DNA from: an uncultured Chloroflexia bacterium
GTDB taxonomy: Bacteria > Chloroflexota > Limnocylindria > QHBO01
Assembly: GCA_963825525.1 (NCBI GenBank)
Contig: CAWGTN010000002.1
Location: 864,001 to 928,000, forward strand
DNA: 64,000 nucleotides
Direction of reading: 5' to 3'
Positions 42,386-50,988 of this stretch are shown piece by piece (position 1 is the first letter of the stretch; each line of letters begins with the position of its first letter). A program made the position numbers and the translations under genes. The notes under the pieces were generated by a model. It ran no database searches. It saw only the letters and a program-made list of their open reading frames with translations, and was not told the DNA's origin.

Positions 42386-42651
42386 GAGGCCTCGTCAGGG
42401 AAGCCGGAAGGCGCCAGGAGGTCCATCGGGGTTGGCACGGCGACAGTCTGCTCTCCACGCGGTGGCCTCCGCCGTTGTGGTCCGGAGTGCCGGCAGAGGG
42501 TAGGGCGGACGGTCAGGCCGGTCAACATCGGCCCGGCGTGCCCGTGGCCCGGTGGCAAATCCGCCGCGCACGAATCACTCGTGAATGCACGATACTGGCG
42601 CGACTACTTCACGAGGACATCGAACTGGCCGTTGACCACCCACCGGGCGCG

Positions 42652-43491
42652 GTGCTTCACAACGCGCGGTCCGAACACATCACGGTCATCCAGGCCGGCC
42701 ACGGGCTCCGCGACTACTGGCGTGACCTGGTGGCGTATCGGGAGCTCTTCGTCTTTCTCGCCTGGCGTGACCTGGCGGTGCGATACAAGCAGACCGTCAT
42801 CGGCGTCGCCTGGAGCGTCATCCGCCCCGTGCTGACGATGGTGGTCTTCACGCTCGTCTTCGGCTCGATCGCGAATCTGCCGTCCGGCGGCGCGCCGTAT
42901 CCGGTCCTGGTCTTCGCCGCAATGCTGCCGTGGCAGTTCTTCTCGGCCGGCCTTGTCGAGAGCAGCGGAAGCCTCGTGGCCAACGCCAACATGATCACCA
43001 AGGTCTACTTCCCGCGGCTCGCGCTGCCTGTTGCGTCCCTGATCGTCGCCCTCGTGGACCTGCTGATCTCTCTCGTGATCCTGGGGATCATGATGGTCAT
43101 CTTCGGAGTCGCCCCCACCTGGCGGCTGCTGGCACTGCCCGGGCTGATCCTCATCGCCGGCCTTGCTGCCCTGGGCGCCGGGGTGTACCTCGCGGCGCTC
43201 AACGTCAAGTACCGTGACTTCCGCTACATCGTGCCGTTCATCGCGCAGCTCGGCCTGTACATCTCGCCGGTCGGCTTCTCCAGCGATGTCGTCCCGGAGG
43301 GGTGGAGGCTCATCTACTCGCTCAATCCGATGGTCGGTGTGATCGACGGGTTCCGGTGGGCGATCCTGGGTGGCGAGGCCCAGATCTTCCTGCCGGGCTT
43401 CCTGATCTCGCTTGCGGTCGTGGGGGTCCTGCTCATCGTCGGGCTGGGCTACTTCCGCGCGACCGAGCGCGGCTTCGCGGACGTCATCTGA
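42652..43491 (+). CDS. wzm: Glycan ABC exporter permease (Wzm)
   Basis: RDLAVRYKQTVIGVAW, ITKVYFPR, VKYRDF, SLNPM, ERGFADVI; start approximate. Confidence 0.95.
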   Translation: MLHNARSEHITVIQAGHGLRDYWRDLVAYRELFVFLAWRDLAVRYKQTVIGVAWSVIRPVLTMVVFTLVFGSIANLPSGGAPYPVLVFAAMLPWQFFSAGLVESSGSLVANANMITKVYFPRLALPVASLIVALVDLLISLVILGIMMVIFGVAPTWRLLALPGLILIAGLAALGAGVYLAALNVKYRDFRYIVPFIAQLGLYISPVGFSSDVVPEGWRLIYSLNPMVGVIDGFRWAILGGEAQIFLPGFLISLAVVGVLLIVGLGYFRATERGFADVI

Positions 43492-43492
43492 G

Positions 43493-44767
43493 ATGGAGTC
43501 TCCCGCCATCCACGCCGAGAACCTCGGCAAGCAGTACACCATCTCGCACGGCGGGGAGCGCTATGTCGCGCTTCGCGACGTGCTCGCCGAGCGGGCTCGT
43601 GGCGTCGCCCGCACCCTGACCCGCCGACGGCCCGAGCGTGACACGAGCGGACGCGAGATCCTGTGGGCCCTGCGAGACGTTACGTTCGAGGTCGGCCAGG
43701 GGGAACGGCTCGGCATCATCGGACGAAACGGGGCCGGTAAGTCGACGCTTCTCAAGATCCTGTCGCGGATCACTCACCCGACGGAGGGCGAAGTCCGGCT
43801 GCGTGGGCGGGTGGCCAGCCTGCTCGAAGTCGGCACCGGCTTCCATCCCGAGTTGACCGGCCGCGAGAACGTGTACCTGAACGGGACGATCCTCGGGATC
43901 AGCAAGCGCGAGATTGATTCGCGATTCAACGAGATCGTCGAGTTCGCCGAGGTCGAGCGATTCCTCGACACGCCGGTGAAGCGCTACTCGAGCGGCATGT
44001 ACGTCCGCCTCGCGTTCGCCGTTGCCGCTCACCTCGAGCCGGAGATCCTGCTGGTGGACGAGGTCCTTGCCGTCGGCGACGCCGCATTCCAACGCAAGTG
44101 CCTGGGCAAGATGTCCGAGGTTGCCAAGGGCGGGCGCACCGTCATCCTGGTGAGCCACAACATGGTCGCAATCGAGGAATTGTCGACGACGGTGATGTGG
44201 GTGGACGGCGGACGCATCCATCGCATGGGGTCGCCGCGCGAGGTCACCAGCGAGTATGCCGAGGCATCCTCCGGGCAGACCGCGGGTGAGATCAACGCGC
44301 GCTCGGTGACCGGCGACGGGACGGTCGAGCTGCTCTCCTATCGGGTGCTCAATGCCGAAGGGCAGGAGCGTCCCCTGCCCCGTACCGGCGAGGACATTCG
44401 CCTGCGGCTGACGCTGCGTCTGGAGAAGCCACTTCGATACGTGGCCTGCGGACTGTCGATCTGGAACGAGCGGGGCGTGCTGATGACCAGCATCAACTCG
44501 GTCCAGCAGGGTCTCGAGCTCGGACCATGGCCGGCAGGCGAGCAGGAGCTGGAGGTCACGCTCCGCAACGTCGCATTCCTGGCCGGCCGATATCGCGTCG
44601 ACTTCTGGGTAATGAGCCCGCAGTCCTACATCTACGCCCAGGCGGATGGGGCCATCGAGTTCGAGATTGCCCAGAGCGCGATCTTCGGTTCGACGTCCCA
44701 GGTCGGCCCGGGCTGGGGCGCCGTGTATACCGAAGTCGCCTACTCGGAGCCGACGCCGATCGGCTGA
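43493..44767 (+). CDS. wzt: Glycan ABC exporter ATPase with Wzt_C carbohydrate-binding domain
   Basis: GRNGAGKST, YSSGMYVRLAF, LVDEVLAVGD, VSH; C-terminal beta domain ..LAGRYRVDF. Confidence 0.96.
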   Translation: MESPAIHAENLGKQYTISHGGERYVALRDVLAERARGVARTLTRRRPERDTSGREILWALRDVTFEVGQGERLGIIGRNGAGKSTLLKILSRITHPTEGEVRLRGRVASLLEVGTGFHPELTGRENVYLNGTILGISKREIDSRFNEIVEFAEVERFLDTPVKRYSSGMYVRLAFAVAAHLEPEILLVDEVLAVGDAAFQRKCLGKMSEVAKGGRTVILVSHNMVAIEELSTTVMWVDGGRIHRMGSPREVTSEYAEASSGQTAGEINARSVTGDGTVELLSYRVLNAEGQERPLPRTGEDIRLRLTLRLEKPLRYVACGLSIWNERGVLMTSINSVQQGLELGPWPAGEQELEVTLRNVAFLAGRYRVDFWVMSPQSYIYAQADGAIEFEIAQSAIFGSTSQVGPGWGAVYTEVAYSEPTPIG

Positions 44768-45942
44768 GGCACGCGCCGCGTGCCCAGGGCAACCGCCAGC
44801 ACGACGGCGATCAAGGCCAGCTGGCTCACGAGGATCCGCTCCGGCTCGATCGGATACGCCAACCACTGCGCTCCCGCGGCGACCAGAGCAAGCACCAGGA
44901 TTCCGGACATCAGGTTGCGCTCCGGCCCGCCGACCCTGGCCAGGGCAAGCGCGCCGGCCGAGGCGATGAAGAGGAACAGCAGCGCGGACCCGTATTGGAA
45001 TGCCAGGAGCTCATGGACGTACTGGCGGGGATAGTCGAGCAAGGTCAACGGCGAGGTGAAGTCGGCGGGATATGCGAGATATTCGACCAGCGCGTGATAG
45101 AACAGGGTCGGGAACGAGTAATAGCCCGCCCACCACGTGAGCCCGCCGTAGATCGCAAGCGCCGCACCCGCCGCCCCCGCCGCGACCCAGCGAGGCGGTC
45201 GCCAGGTCGACGGGACCCAGAAAGCAACGTACGCGGCGAGCAGGATCACCCAGACCGCATTGTTCGGACGCACGAAGATCGAGAGGATCGCAACGGTCAG
45301 GGCGATACCCGCCCGCCGCCGTTCGACCAGGAGATAAGCACTCGCCACGATCGTCAGCAGCGACAACGAGTCGGGCGTGGACAGGCGCGCGAGGATCGAG
45401 AACGGCGGGCTCAGGACGAGGAGCGTCGCGAGTCCGTAGGCCAGCAGGGGAGGGTGGTGGCGCCGCAGCCACGCAGCGAGCAGCAGCGCGAACGCCACGT
45501 AGGCCGCCGATGCGATGAGGACCGACGCATCGAACGGATCGATGCCCAGGAGCGAGACCCCGGCGATGAGAAGCGGGTAGGCGGGCTTCACGAGGTAGAA
45601 CGGCAGCTGCTGGATGAAGGCCCGCGGATCTTTCGCCGTCGCCTCGAGGAAGGGCAGGCTGGTTGTGGCTTCCGAACTCGTGCCGGTGAGCGCCTCGACA
45701 TCCGAGGCCGGAACAGAACGGCGAAGGAGCCGATACACCTCGGCGTGCAGCTCATTGGCGTCGTTGACTTCGATCGAGCGAGCGATGCCGACGTACGCCA
45801 GCATGTCCCAATTGTTCACGGGCCGAATCTGCGCGTAGGCCACCAGGATGAGGAGCATGAGCAGGTACGCGACCGCGGCGATGCGGCGGACGTTCGGCGT
45901 GTCACGGCCCCACCACCTGGAATGTGCCGTGTGCTGCTCCAT
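44740..45942 (-). CDS. Polytopic membrane protein, possible GT-C fold glycosyltransferase
   Basis: TM1 followed by NWDMLAY loop, FYLVKPAYP, LSTPD, VRP; about 10 TM. Confidence 0.55.
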   Translation of the reverse strand: MEQHTAHSRWWGRDTPNVRRIAAVAYLLMLLILVAYAQIRPVNNWDMLAYVGIARSIEVNDANELHAEVYRLLRRSVPASDVEALTGTSSEATTSLPFLEATAKDPRAFIQQLPFYLVKPAYPLLIAGVSLLGIDPFDASVLIASAAYVAFALLLAAWLRRHHPPLLAYGLATLLVLSPPFSILARLSTPDSLSLLTIVASAYLLVERRRAGIALTVAILSIFVRPNNAVWVILLAAYVAFWVPSTWRPPRWVAAGAAGAALAIYGGLTWWAGYYSFPTLFYHALVEYLAYPADFTSPLTLLDYPRQYVHELLAFQYGSALLFLFIASAGALALARVGGPERNLMSGILVLALVAAGAQWLAYPIEPERILVSQLALIAVVLAVALGTRRVPQPIGVGSE

Positions 45943-45987
45943 CAGGTCAGGATACGAAATGCGGCGCTCCGAGTGCGCAGCGCGAGC

Positions 45988-48900
45988 TTACGGGCCGCAG
46001 GCCAGGCGTGCATCGGCCCAGTCGGCGTGGTCATACGAGGCGCCGTTGGTCGAGACGTCGACCACCAGGCGCAGCTCGCTGCCGGCGCTGACGGCCAGGT
46101 CGAGCGGGACGGTGGCGCTGGCGCCGGTGAGCGTCGCCGAGGTGTAGACGGTGGCCCCGCCCACGAGGACACGGAACACGACGGAGCCGTTCGAGCCGAC
46201 CTCGTCATCGAGGCCGATGTGCGCCAGGAAGCGGGTGCAGCCGGTGGGCACCGTGTATCGAAGGTCGCTCGCGGCATGGACTCCCAGGCCCTTGGCGTAG
46301 GTGGTTCCGTTGAGCATGAGGCCCACCCCGTCGCCGGCAGCCTGCTCGCCATTGCTCATGTCGCGCTCATACGGTCCCCAGCCGTTGGTGGCGCTGGTGG
46401 GTGTCAGCGACGACAGGTAGGTGGTCCCGGTCGGCGGTGGGGTGGTGGTGTACGTCGCGGTATAGGTCGCGGCCGTCGCCGGTGCGACGATATTGTGCGT
46501 CGCCGCGCCGCTATCGGACCAGGTACTGAAGGTATGCGTTCCGGCGCCCGACGTCTGCGGAGTGGGAGCACTGATCGAGTTGCTCGAGCCCACGATGACC
46601 GTTCGGTTGAATGGCGCGGTCGCCGTCGCGCCGTTCACGACGAGCTGCAGGCCAGCCGGCGACGTGGCAAAGCCGAGCGTCACGGTCTTCGGGTTCAGGA
46701 GCACGGACGTCGAAGTCGTCGCGCCAGCCGAATCCTGGGCCGTCAGCCGCAGCTCGAGGTGCGACGGATACTCGTGATCCGGAGCGGAGAATGATCCACC
46801 CGCGACCCCGGGATAGGTCTGAATCGAATGAGGATGGCAATTCGATGGGCAGTGCTGGATGAGCAGCTCCCACGTGAGGCGCGACGCAGCCAACGTTCCG
46901 TCCTCGGGGTCGGTGGCGGAGCCGGAGAACGTGATGTTCTGCCCGACCGACCAGGTGACGGAGCTCGCCGGACCGGCGATCACCGGAGTCGGAGGCTGGT
47001 TCGCGCCCCCACCGGCGCAGGCCAGGCGTGCATCGGCCCAGTCGGCGTGGTCATACGAGGCGCCGTTGGTCGAGACGTCGACCACCAGGCGCAGCTCGCT
47101 GCCGGCGCTGACGGCCAGGTCGAGCGGGACGGTGGCGCTGGCGCCGGTGAGCGTCGCCGAGGTGTAGACGGTGGCCCCGCCCACGAGGACACGGAACACG
47201 ACGGAGCCGTTCGAGCCGACCTCGTCATCGAGGCCGATGTGCGCCAGGAAGCGGGTGCAGCCGGTGGGCACCGTGTATCGAAGGTCGCTCGCGGCATGGA
47301 CTCCCAGGCCCTTGGCGTAGGTGGTTCCGTTGAGCATGAGGCCCACCCCGTCGCCGGCAGCCTGCTCGCCATTGCTCATGTCGCGCTCATACGGTCCCCA
47401 GCCGTTGGTGGCGCTGGTGGGTGTCAGCGACGACAGGTAGGTGGTCCCGGTCGGCGGTGGAGTGGTGGTGGCGACCGTGAAGCTCCACACGACATCCGCA
47501 GCCATCGGGTTGCCCGCCACGTCCGTCACGCCCGCCGAGCCGCCCTTGACCGTCGCGGTATAGGTCGCGGCCGCCTGGAGCGCCTGCGTCGGGGTAAATG
47601 ACGCGACCCGCGTTGCACCGTCGTACGTCACCGTGCCCGTCACCGGAGTCGATGCGCCCTGCCGCAGGGTGAAGCTCGAGGTAGAGATCGATGAGCTCAA
47701 CATCGGCTCGCTGAACGTCGCGCGGACCACGGTGGCGGCCGCGACGCCGGTCGCCCCGGCGGTCGGTACCGTCTGCGACACCACCGGCGGCGTGGAGTCG
47801 GTTCCGCAGGTGAACCGTGCATTCGCCCAATCGCCGTGGTCGTACGACAGGCCGCCCGCCCCCTCGCCCACCACGAGTCGGAGCTCGACTCCGGGTGTGA
47901 CCGGGATGCTCAACGGTATCGTCGCGCTCGCTCCGGTCAGAGCCGGGGATGTATAGACGGAGGTCCCGCCCACGTACACCGTGAAGGTTGCCGAGCCGAA
48001 GGACCCGACTTCGTCGTCGAGACCGATGTCGGCGACGAACGTCGTGCAGGTCGACGGGACCGTGTAACGCAGGTCGCTGACCGCGTGCACGCCCAGGCCC
48101 TTGGAGTACGAAACTCCGGCCAGGGTCATGATGTTTCCGTCGCCGGCAGCCGCTTCGCCGTTGCTGCGATCGCGTTCGTACGGACCCCAGCCATTGGTGG
48201 CGCTCGTCGGTTGCAGGTCGGAGAGAAAGACGCCCGAAGGGGGCGGCGGGACGTTGGCCGTGATGCGCCTGATCGTGCCGCCATCGAAGTCGACGTAGAA
48301 GAGGTCGCCGCCTGGCCCGATCTCGAGGTTCACCGGATTGGCGGCCTGCGCGACGAACGTCGCTCGCTGCGCCGGATCGGGAAGGCCATTACTGCCCTTC
48401 GACATGAACCAGATGCAATCGCGCGAATAGTCGGAGAAGAAGAGGCCGTCGTTGTAGCTGGCCGGGTAGCTGCCGCCCTGGTAGAACGCGATGCCGGAGA
48501 TCGACGAGCTACCTGTGGAACACGACTCGCCCGACACGACCTTGTCTGAGTGGTGATACGCGTAGTACGGGGCAACGACGGCCCCGGCGCCGGCCGTGTA
48601 GAGCGATTCGCAGAGGTTCAGGTTCGCCGAGTCGTATCCGCTCTGGCGTGGGGTGCCCTCGTAACACGGCCAGCCGAAGTTGGCGACCGTCGGCGCCACC
48701 GGCGAGACGATGCGGTTGATCTCTTCGTACGTTCCCCATCCCACATCGGCAATCCACAGCTCGTTGGTCCCGGGACGGAACCCGAAACGGAAGGGATTCC
48801 TGAGGCCGTGTGCCACGATCCGTCGATTGTTGGCATCCGAGCTGCTCGCCAGTGGGTTGGTCGAAAGGCCGAGCCCCGTCTGCTTGTCGATGCGGATGAC

Positions 48901-49689
48901 CGAACCGTCGAGCGTCGTCGGATCCGCACTCGAGCGCAGATCCTGGGAGCGCAGGGCGCCGCCCTCCGCCGTGGGCGGTGTCAGCGTGGCACCGACCCCT
49001 CCGGGCGGATCGCCGCACGGATTGAGCGGATTCCCATCCTGGCCGTAATCGGCGAAGTCGAACGATGCCCCGTCGCCGGCGCTCGCGTAGAGGGCGCCAT
49101 CCGCGCCGAACTGCAGTGAGCCGACTGAGTGGCTCGGGTACTGCTGGCACCAGTCGTCGATGAGCACCTGTTCCGGTCCCGCGGAGTTCCCCGTCGCCGT
49201 GAGTCGAGACAGCCGCCCGCTGATGACGCAACCGTCCGACGTCGGACCTGGCGGCGTGGGACATGGATCGGAGGTGGTGCCGGCCGTCCCCCAGCGTGGC
49301 GCCGTTCCAGCGACAGGGGCATCCCGCGCATAGAGCACGTAGGCATCGGGGGTCGCCGGGAAGTTCGGATCCAGCACGAAACCCAACAGACCCCGGTCCC
49401 AGTAGTTGTGGACCTGGGTACGAAGATCGGCAAAGACGGTGGCCGTGGTGTCATTGAGGTCGTCGAAGACCTTGATCAGGCCGCTCTTCTCCGCCACGAA
49501 TATCCGGCCGTCGGGGCTGAATCGCACGACCGTCGGATTCGTGAGCCCACTGAAGGCCGTGGACTCGGTGAATCCCGGGGGAAGTGTGGCAGCATGAGCT
49601 GTCTGCCCAGGGAGGACCGGGAGGAGGGACGCAAGCAAGGCCGCAACCGCAGCCAGAACCCCCAGCCGACGGTGCTTCGGTGACGCCAT
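45988..49689 (-). CDS. Secreted PQQ-dependent sugar dehydrogenase (GSDH) with three NPCBM/NEW2 domains and Ig-like domains
   Basis: Signal peptide after MASPKHRR; DRGLLG, FGADGALY, GLRNPFR, DVGW..YEEIN, NFGWP; three NGWGPYERD.SNGE...KGLGVHA...DHxDW modules. Confidence 0.9.
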   Translation of the reverse strand: MASPKHRRLGVLAAVAALLASLLPVLPGQTAHAATLPPGFTESTAFSGLTNPTVVRFSPDGRIFVAEKSGLIKVFDDLNDTTATVFADLRTQVHNYWDRGLLGFVLDPNFPATPDAYVLYARDAPVAGTAPRWGTAGTTSDPCPTPPGPTSDGCVISGRLSRLTATGNSAGPEQVLIDDWCQQYPSHSVGSLQFGADGALYASAGDGASFDFADYGQDGNPLNPCGDPPGGVGATLTPPTAEGGALRSQDLRSSADPTTLDGSVIRIDKQTGLGLSTNPLASSSDANNRRIVAHGLRNPFRFGFRPGTNELWIADVGWGTYEEINRIVSPVAPTVANFGWPCYEGTPRQSGYDSANLNLCESLYTAGAGAVVAPYYAYHHSDKVVSGESCSTGSSSISGIAFYQGGSYPASYNDGLFFSDYSRDCIWFMSKGSNGLPDPAQRATFVAQAANPVNLEIGPGGDLFYVDFDGGTIRRITANVPPPPSGVFLSDLQPTSATNGWGPYERDRSNGEAAAGDGNIMTLAGVSYSKGLGVHAVSDLRYTVPSTCTTFVADIGLDDEVGSFGSATFTVYVGGTSVYTSPALTGASATIPLSIPVTPGVELRLVVGEGAGGLSYDHGDWANARFTCGTDSTPPVVSQTVPTAGATGVAAATVVRATFSEPMLSSSISTSSFTLRQGASTPVTGTVTYDGATRVASFTPTQALQAAATYTATVKGGSAGVTDVAGNPMAADVVWSFTVATTTPPPTGTTYLSSLTPTSATNGWGPYERDMSNGEQAAGDGVGLMLNGTTYAKGLGVHAASDLRYTVPTGCTRFLAHIGLDDEVGSNGSVVFRVLVGGATVYTSATLTGASATVPLDLAVSAGSELRLVVDVSTNGASYDHADWADARLACAGGGANQPPTPVIAGPASSVTWSVGQNITFSGSATDPEDGTLAASRLTWELLIQHCPSNCHPHSIQTYPGVAGGSFSAPDHEYPSHLELRLTAQDSAGATTSTSVLLNPKTVTLGFATSPAGLQLVVNGATATAPFNRTVIVGSSNSISAPTPQTSGAGTHTFSTWSDSGAATHNIVAPATAATYTATYTTTPPPTGTTYLSSLTPTSATNGWGPYERDMSNGEQAAGDGVGLMLNGTTYAKGLGVHAASDLRYTVPTGCTRFLAHIGLDDEVGSNGSVVFRVLVGGATVYTSATLTGASATVPLDLAVSAGSELRLVVDVSTNGASYDHADWADARLACGP
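45996..46440. repeat. 445-bp exact direct repeat, copy A (C-terminal NPCBM domain)
   Basis: Line-by-line identical to 47016-47460 (offset 1020). Confidence 0.97.
47016..47460. repeat. 445-bp exact direct repeat, copy B (middle NPCBM domain)
   Basis: Identical to 45996-46440. Confidence 0.97.
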
Positions 49690-49762
49690 TGGGAAGACTC
49701 CCCCATCTCGGCACGGCGCAGCCCCTCCGAGGATCGAACGGGGCACGCTGATGGTCGGACAG

Positions 49763-49778
49763 TAGGACCATCGTCCTA
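49763..49778. promoter_or_regulatory. Palindromic operator-like site TAGGAC-N4-GTCCTA
   Basis: Perfect 6-4-6 inverted repeat between divergent GSDH and vanZ genes. Confidence 0.45.
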
Positions 49779-49863
49779 TACCGGTCAAGGAGAATCGGTG
49801 GCGTCGCGGTGCTGGCAAGCACCGCATCCGACCCGGTCGGCGCACCAGTGGCACAATTCGGCC

Positions 49864-50247
49864 GTGAACACGACCACGAATCGAGCCGCTCTCAGTGGCC
49901 TCGCCGCGCTCGCCGCGGTTGGGATCAGCGTGGGACTGCTCCTGGCGTCCACCGTGCCGAACCTCGTGTTCTCCGACAACCTCATCATCGACACGGTCGT
50001 TCGAAAGATCGGGCATTTCGTGGCGTTCGGCGTGTTCGCGGTGGCCGGCTGCATCGGGCTCCACCACCTGCTGCCGGTCGGCCGCGCAGCCCGGCTGGTG
50101 GTGCTGGTTGCGATCGCGATCGCACTCGCCGATGAGCTGACGCAGACCCGGGTCGTCGGTCGCCTGGCCTCTCCGATCGACGTCGGGATCGACGTCGCCG
50201 GGGCCGTGACCGGGGCGTTTCTCTATCGCCGTCGCGTAGAGGGCTGA
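49864..50247 (+). CDS. VanZ family membrane protein
   Basis: RKIGHFVAFG, ADELTQ..VVGR.AS..DV.ID..G. Confidence 0.88.
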   Translation: MNTTTNRAALSGLAALAAVGISVGLLLASTVPNLVFSDNLIIDTVVRKIGHFVAFGVFAVAGCIGLHHLLPVGRAARLVVLVAIAIALADELTQTRVVGRLASPIDVGIDVAGAVTGAFLYRRRVEG

Positions 50248-50567
50248 TCGGCCAGGAGCGTGTCCAGCTTCCTGATGAGGGCGCTGCGCGCGAGCATCGG
50301 CCCGAGACCGGCCGCCTTCGCTGCGGCATGGGCGTCCAGGTCGACATGGGGTCCGAAAACGATCAGACGAGCTCCGCCGTCCCGAAGGCCGGCCAGGCGC
50401 GGGGCCCATCCGTCCGCCCGCTCGGACCAGTCGACGAGGAGGAGGTCGGTGCCCGATGGAACCCGAGAGGGGTCATCGACGCGCACGATCGAGGCGCCCG
50501 CACGGACCGCCGCATCATCGAGCCGGCTGAAGAGCATGAGGTCGCGCATGACCGCGGCGACCTTCAT
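50223..50567 (-). CDS. Receiver-like (CheY-fold) single-domain protein
   Basis: DLMLFSRL, DLLLVD, LIVFGPHVD...AKAAG pattern. Confidence 0.65.
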   Translation of the reverse strand: MKVAAVMRDLMLFSRLDDAAVRAGASIVRVDDPSRVPSGTDLLLVDWSERADGWAPRLAGLRDGGARLIVFGPHVDLDAHAAAKAAGLGPMLARSALIRKLDTLLADQPSTRRR

Positions 50568-50950
50568 TCGGCGGGCCCGGGGCTCGGGGCGTGGTCAGGC
50601 GCGGGTTGATGATCGGGGGTGAGGTGCGCTGCAGGCCCACCGGGCGCACCATTGGTCGCCTGTTCGATGACGAAGCGCGCCACGCGCATCGGGTAGAGGC
50701 CCACCACCACAGGTGCCCGAACCTCGACCGACAGCTCCACGCCGACCTCGTCGCGCTGCCACAGGTCCTGGATCTTCGTCGCCTCACGCTCGGGCAGGCC
50801 GATGTACGCCGTCGTCCCGTTGCGCCGGAGGGCGCTCATCGCATCGGGCTCAAGGCCGAATCGGCGCCGGATGTCGGCGACGGCGATGTACGGCCGGGAG
50901 GTCAGATATCGGCGGAGGCTCGAGGTGCTCGGCCGTTTGCTGGCAGACAT
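50564..50950 (-). CDS. Hypothetical protein
   Basis: MSASKRPSTSSLRRYLTSRPY... is the coding-like tail of ORF 50564-51919; has its own TAGACT box; ATGA coupling to the downstream gene. Confidence 0.65.
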   Translation of the reverse strand: MSASKRPSTSSLRRYLTSRPYIAVADIRRRFGLEPDAMSALRRNGTTAYIGLPEREATKIQDLWQRDEVGVELSVEVRAPVVVGLYPMRVARFVIEQATNGAPGGPAAHLTPDHQPAPDHAPSPGPAE

Positions 50951-50988
50951 GGGCTGTGTCGCCAGTCTACCGTCGCTGCGAAAACGCG

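Noticed and set aside
44527-46794. Long antisense ORFs (e.g. 755 aa here, 573 aa at 16549-18270, 539 aa at 59056-60675)
   Set aside because: Shadow frames of real genes, expected at high GC; Arg/Gly/Pro-rich with no recognisable motifs
45996-47460. Repeat pair as a diversity-generating retroelement TR/VR
   Set aside because: No adenine-specific mismatches (the copies are identical), both copies are in-frame domains of one gene, and there is no reverse transcriptase in the window
49690-50409. N-terminal 240 aa of the 1473-aa ORF
   Set aside because: Overlaps vanZ on the opposite strand; the signal peptide begins at MASPKHRR (49689)
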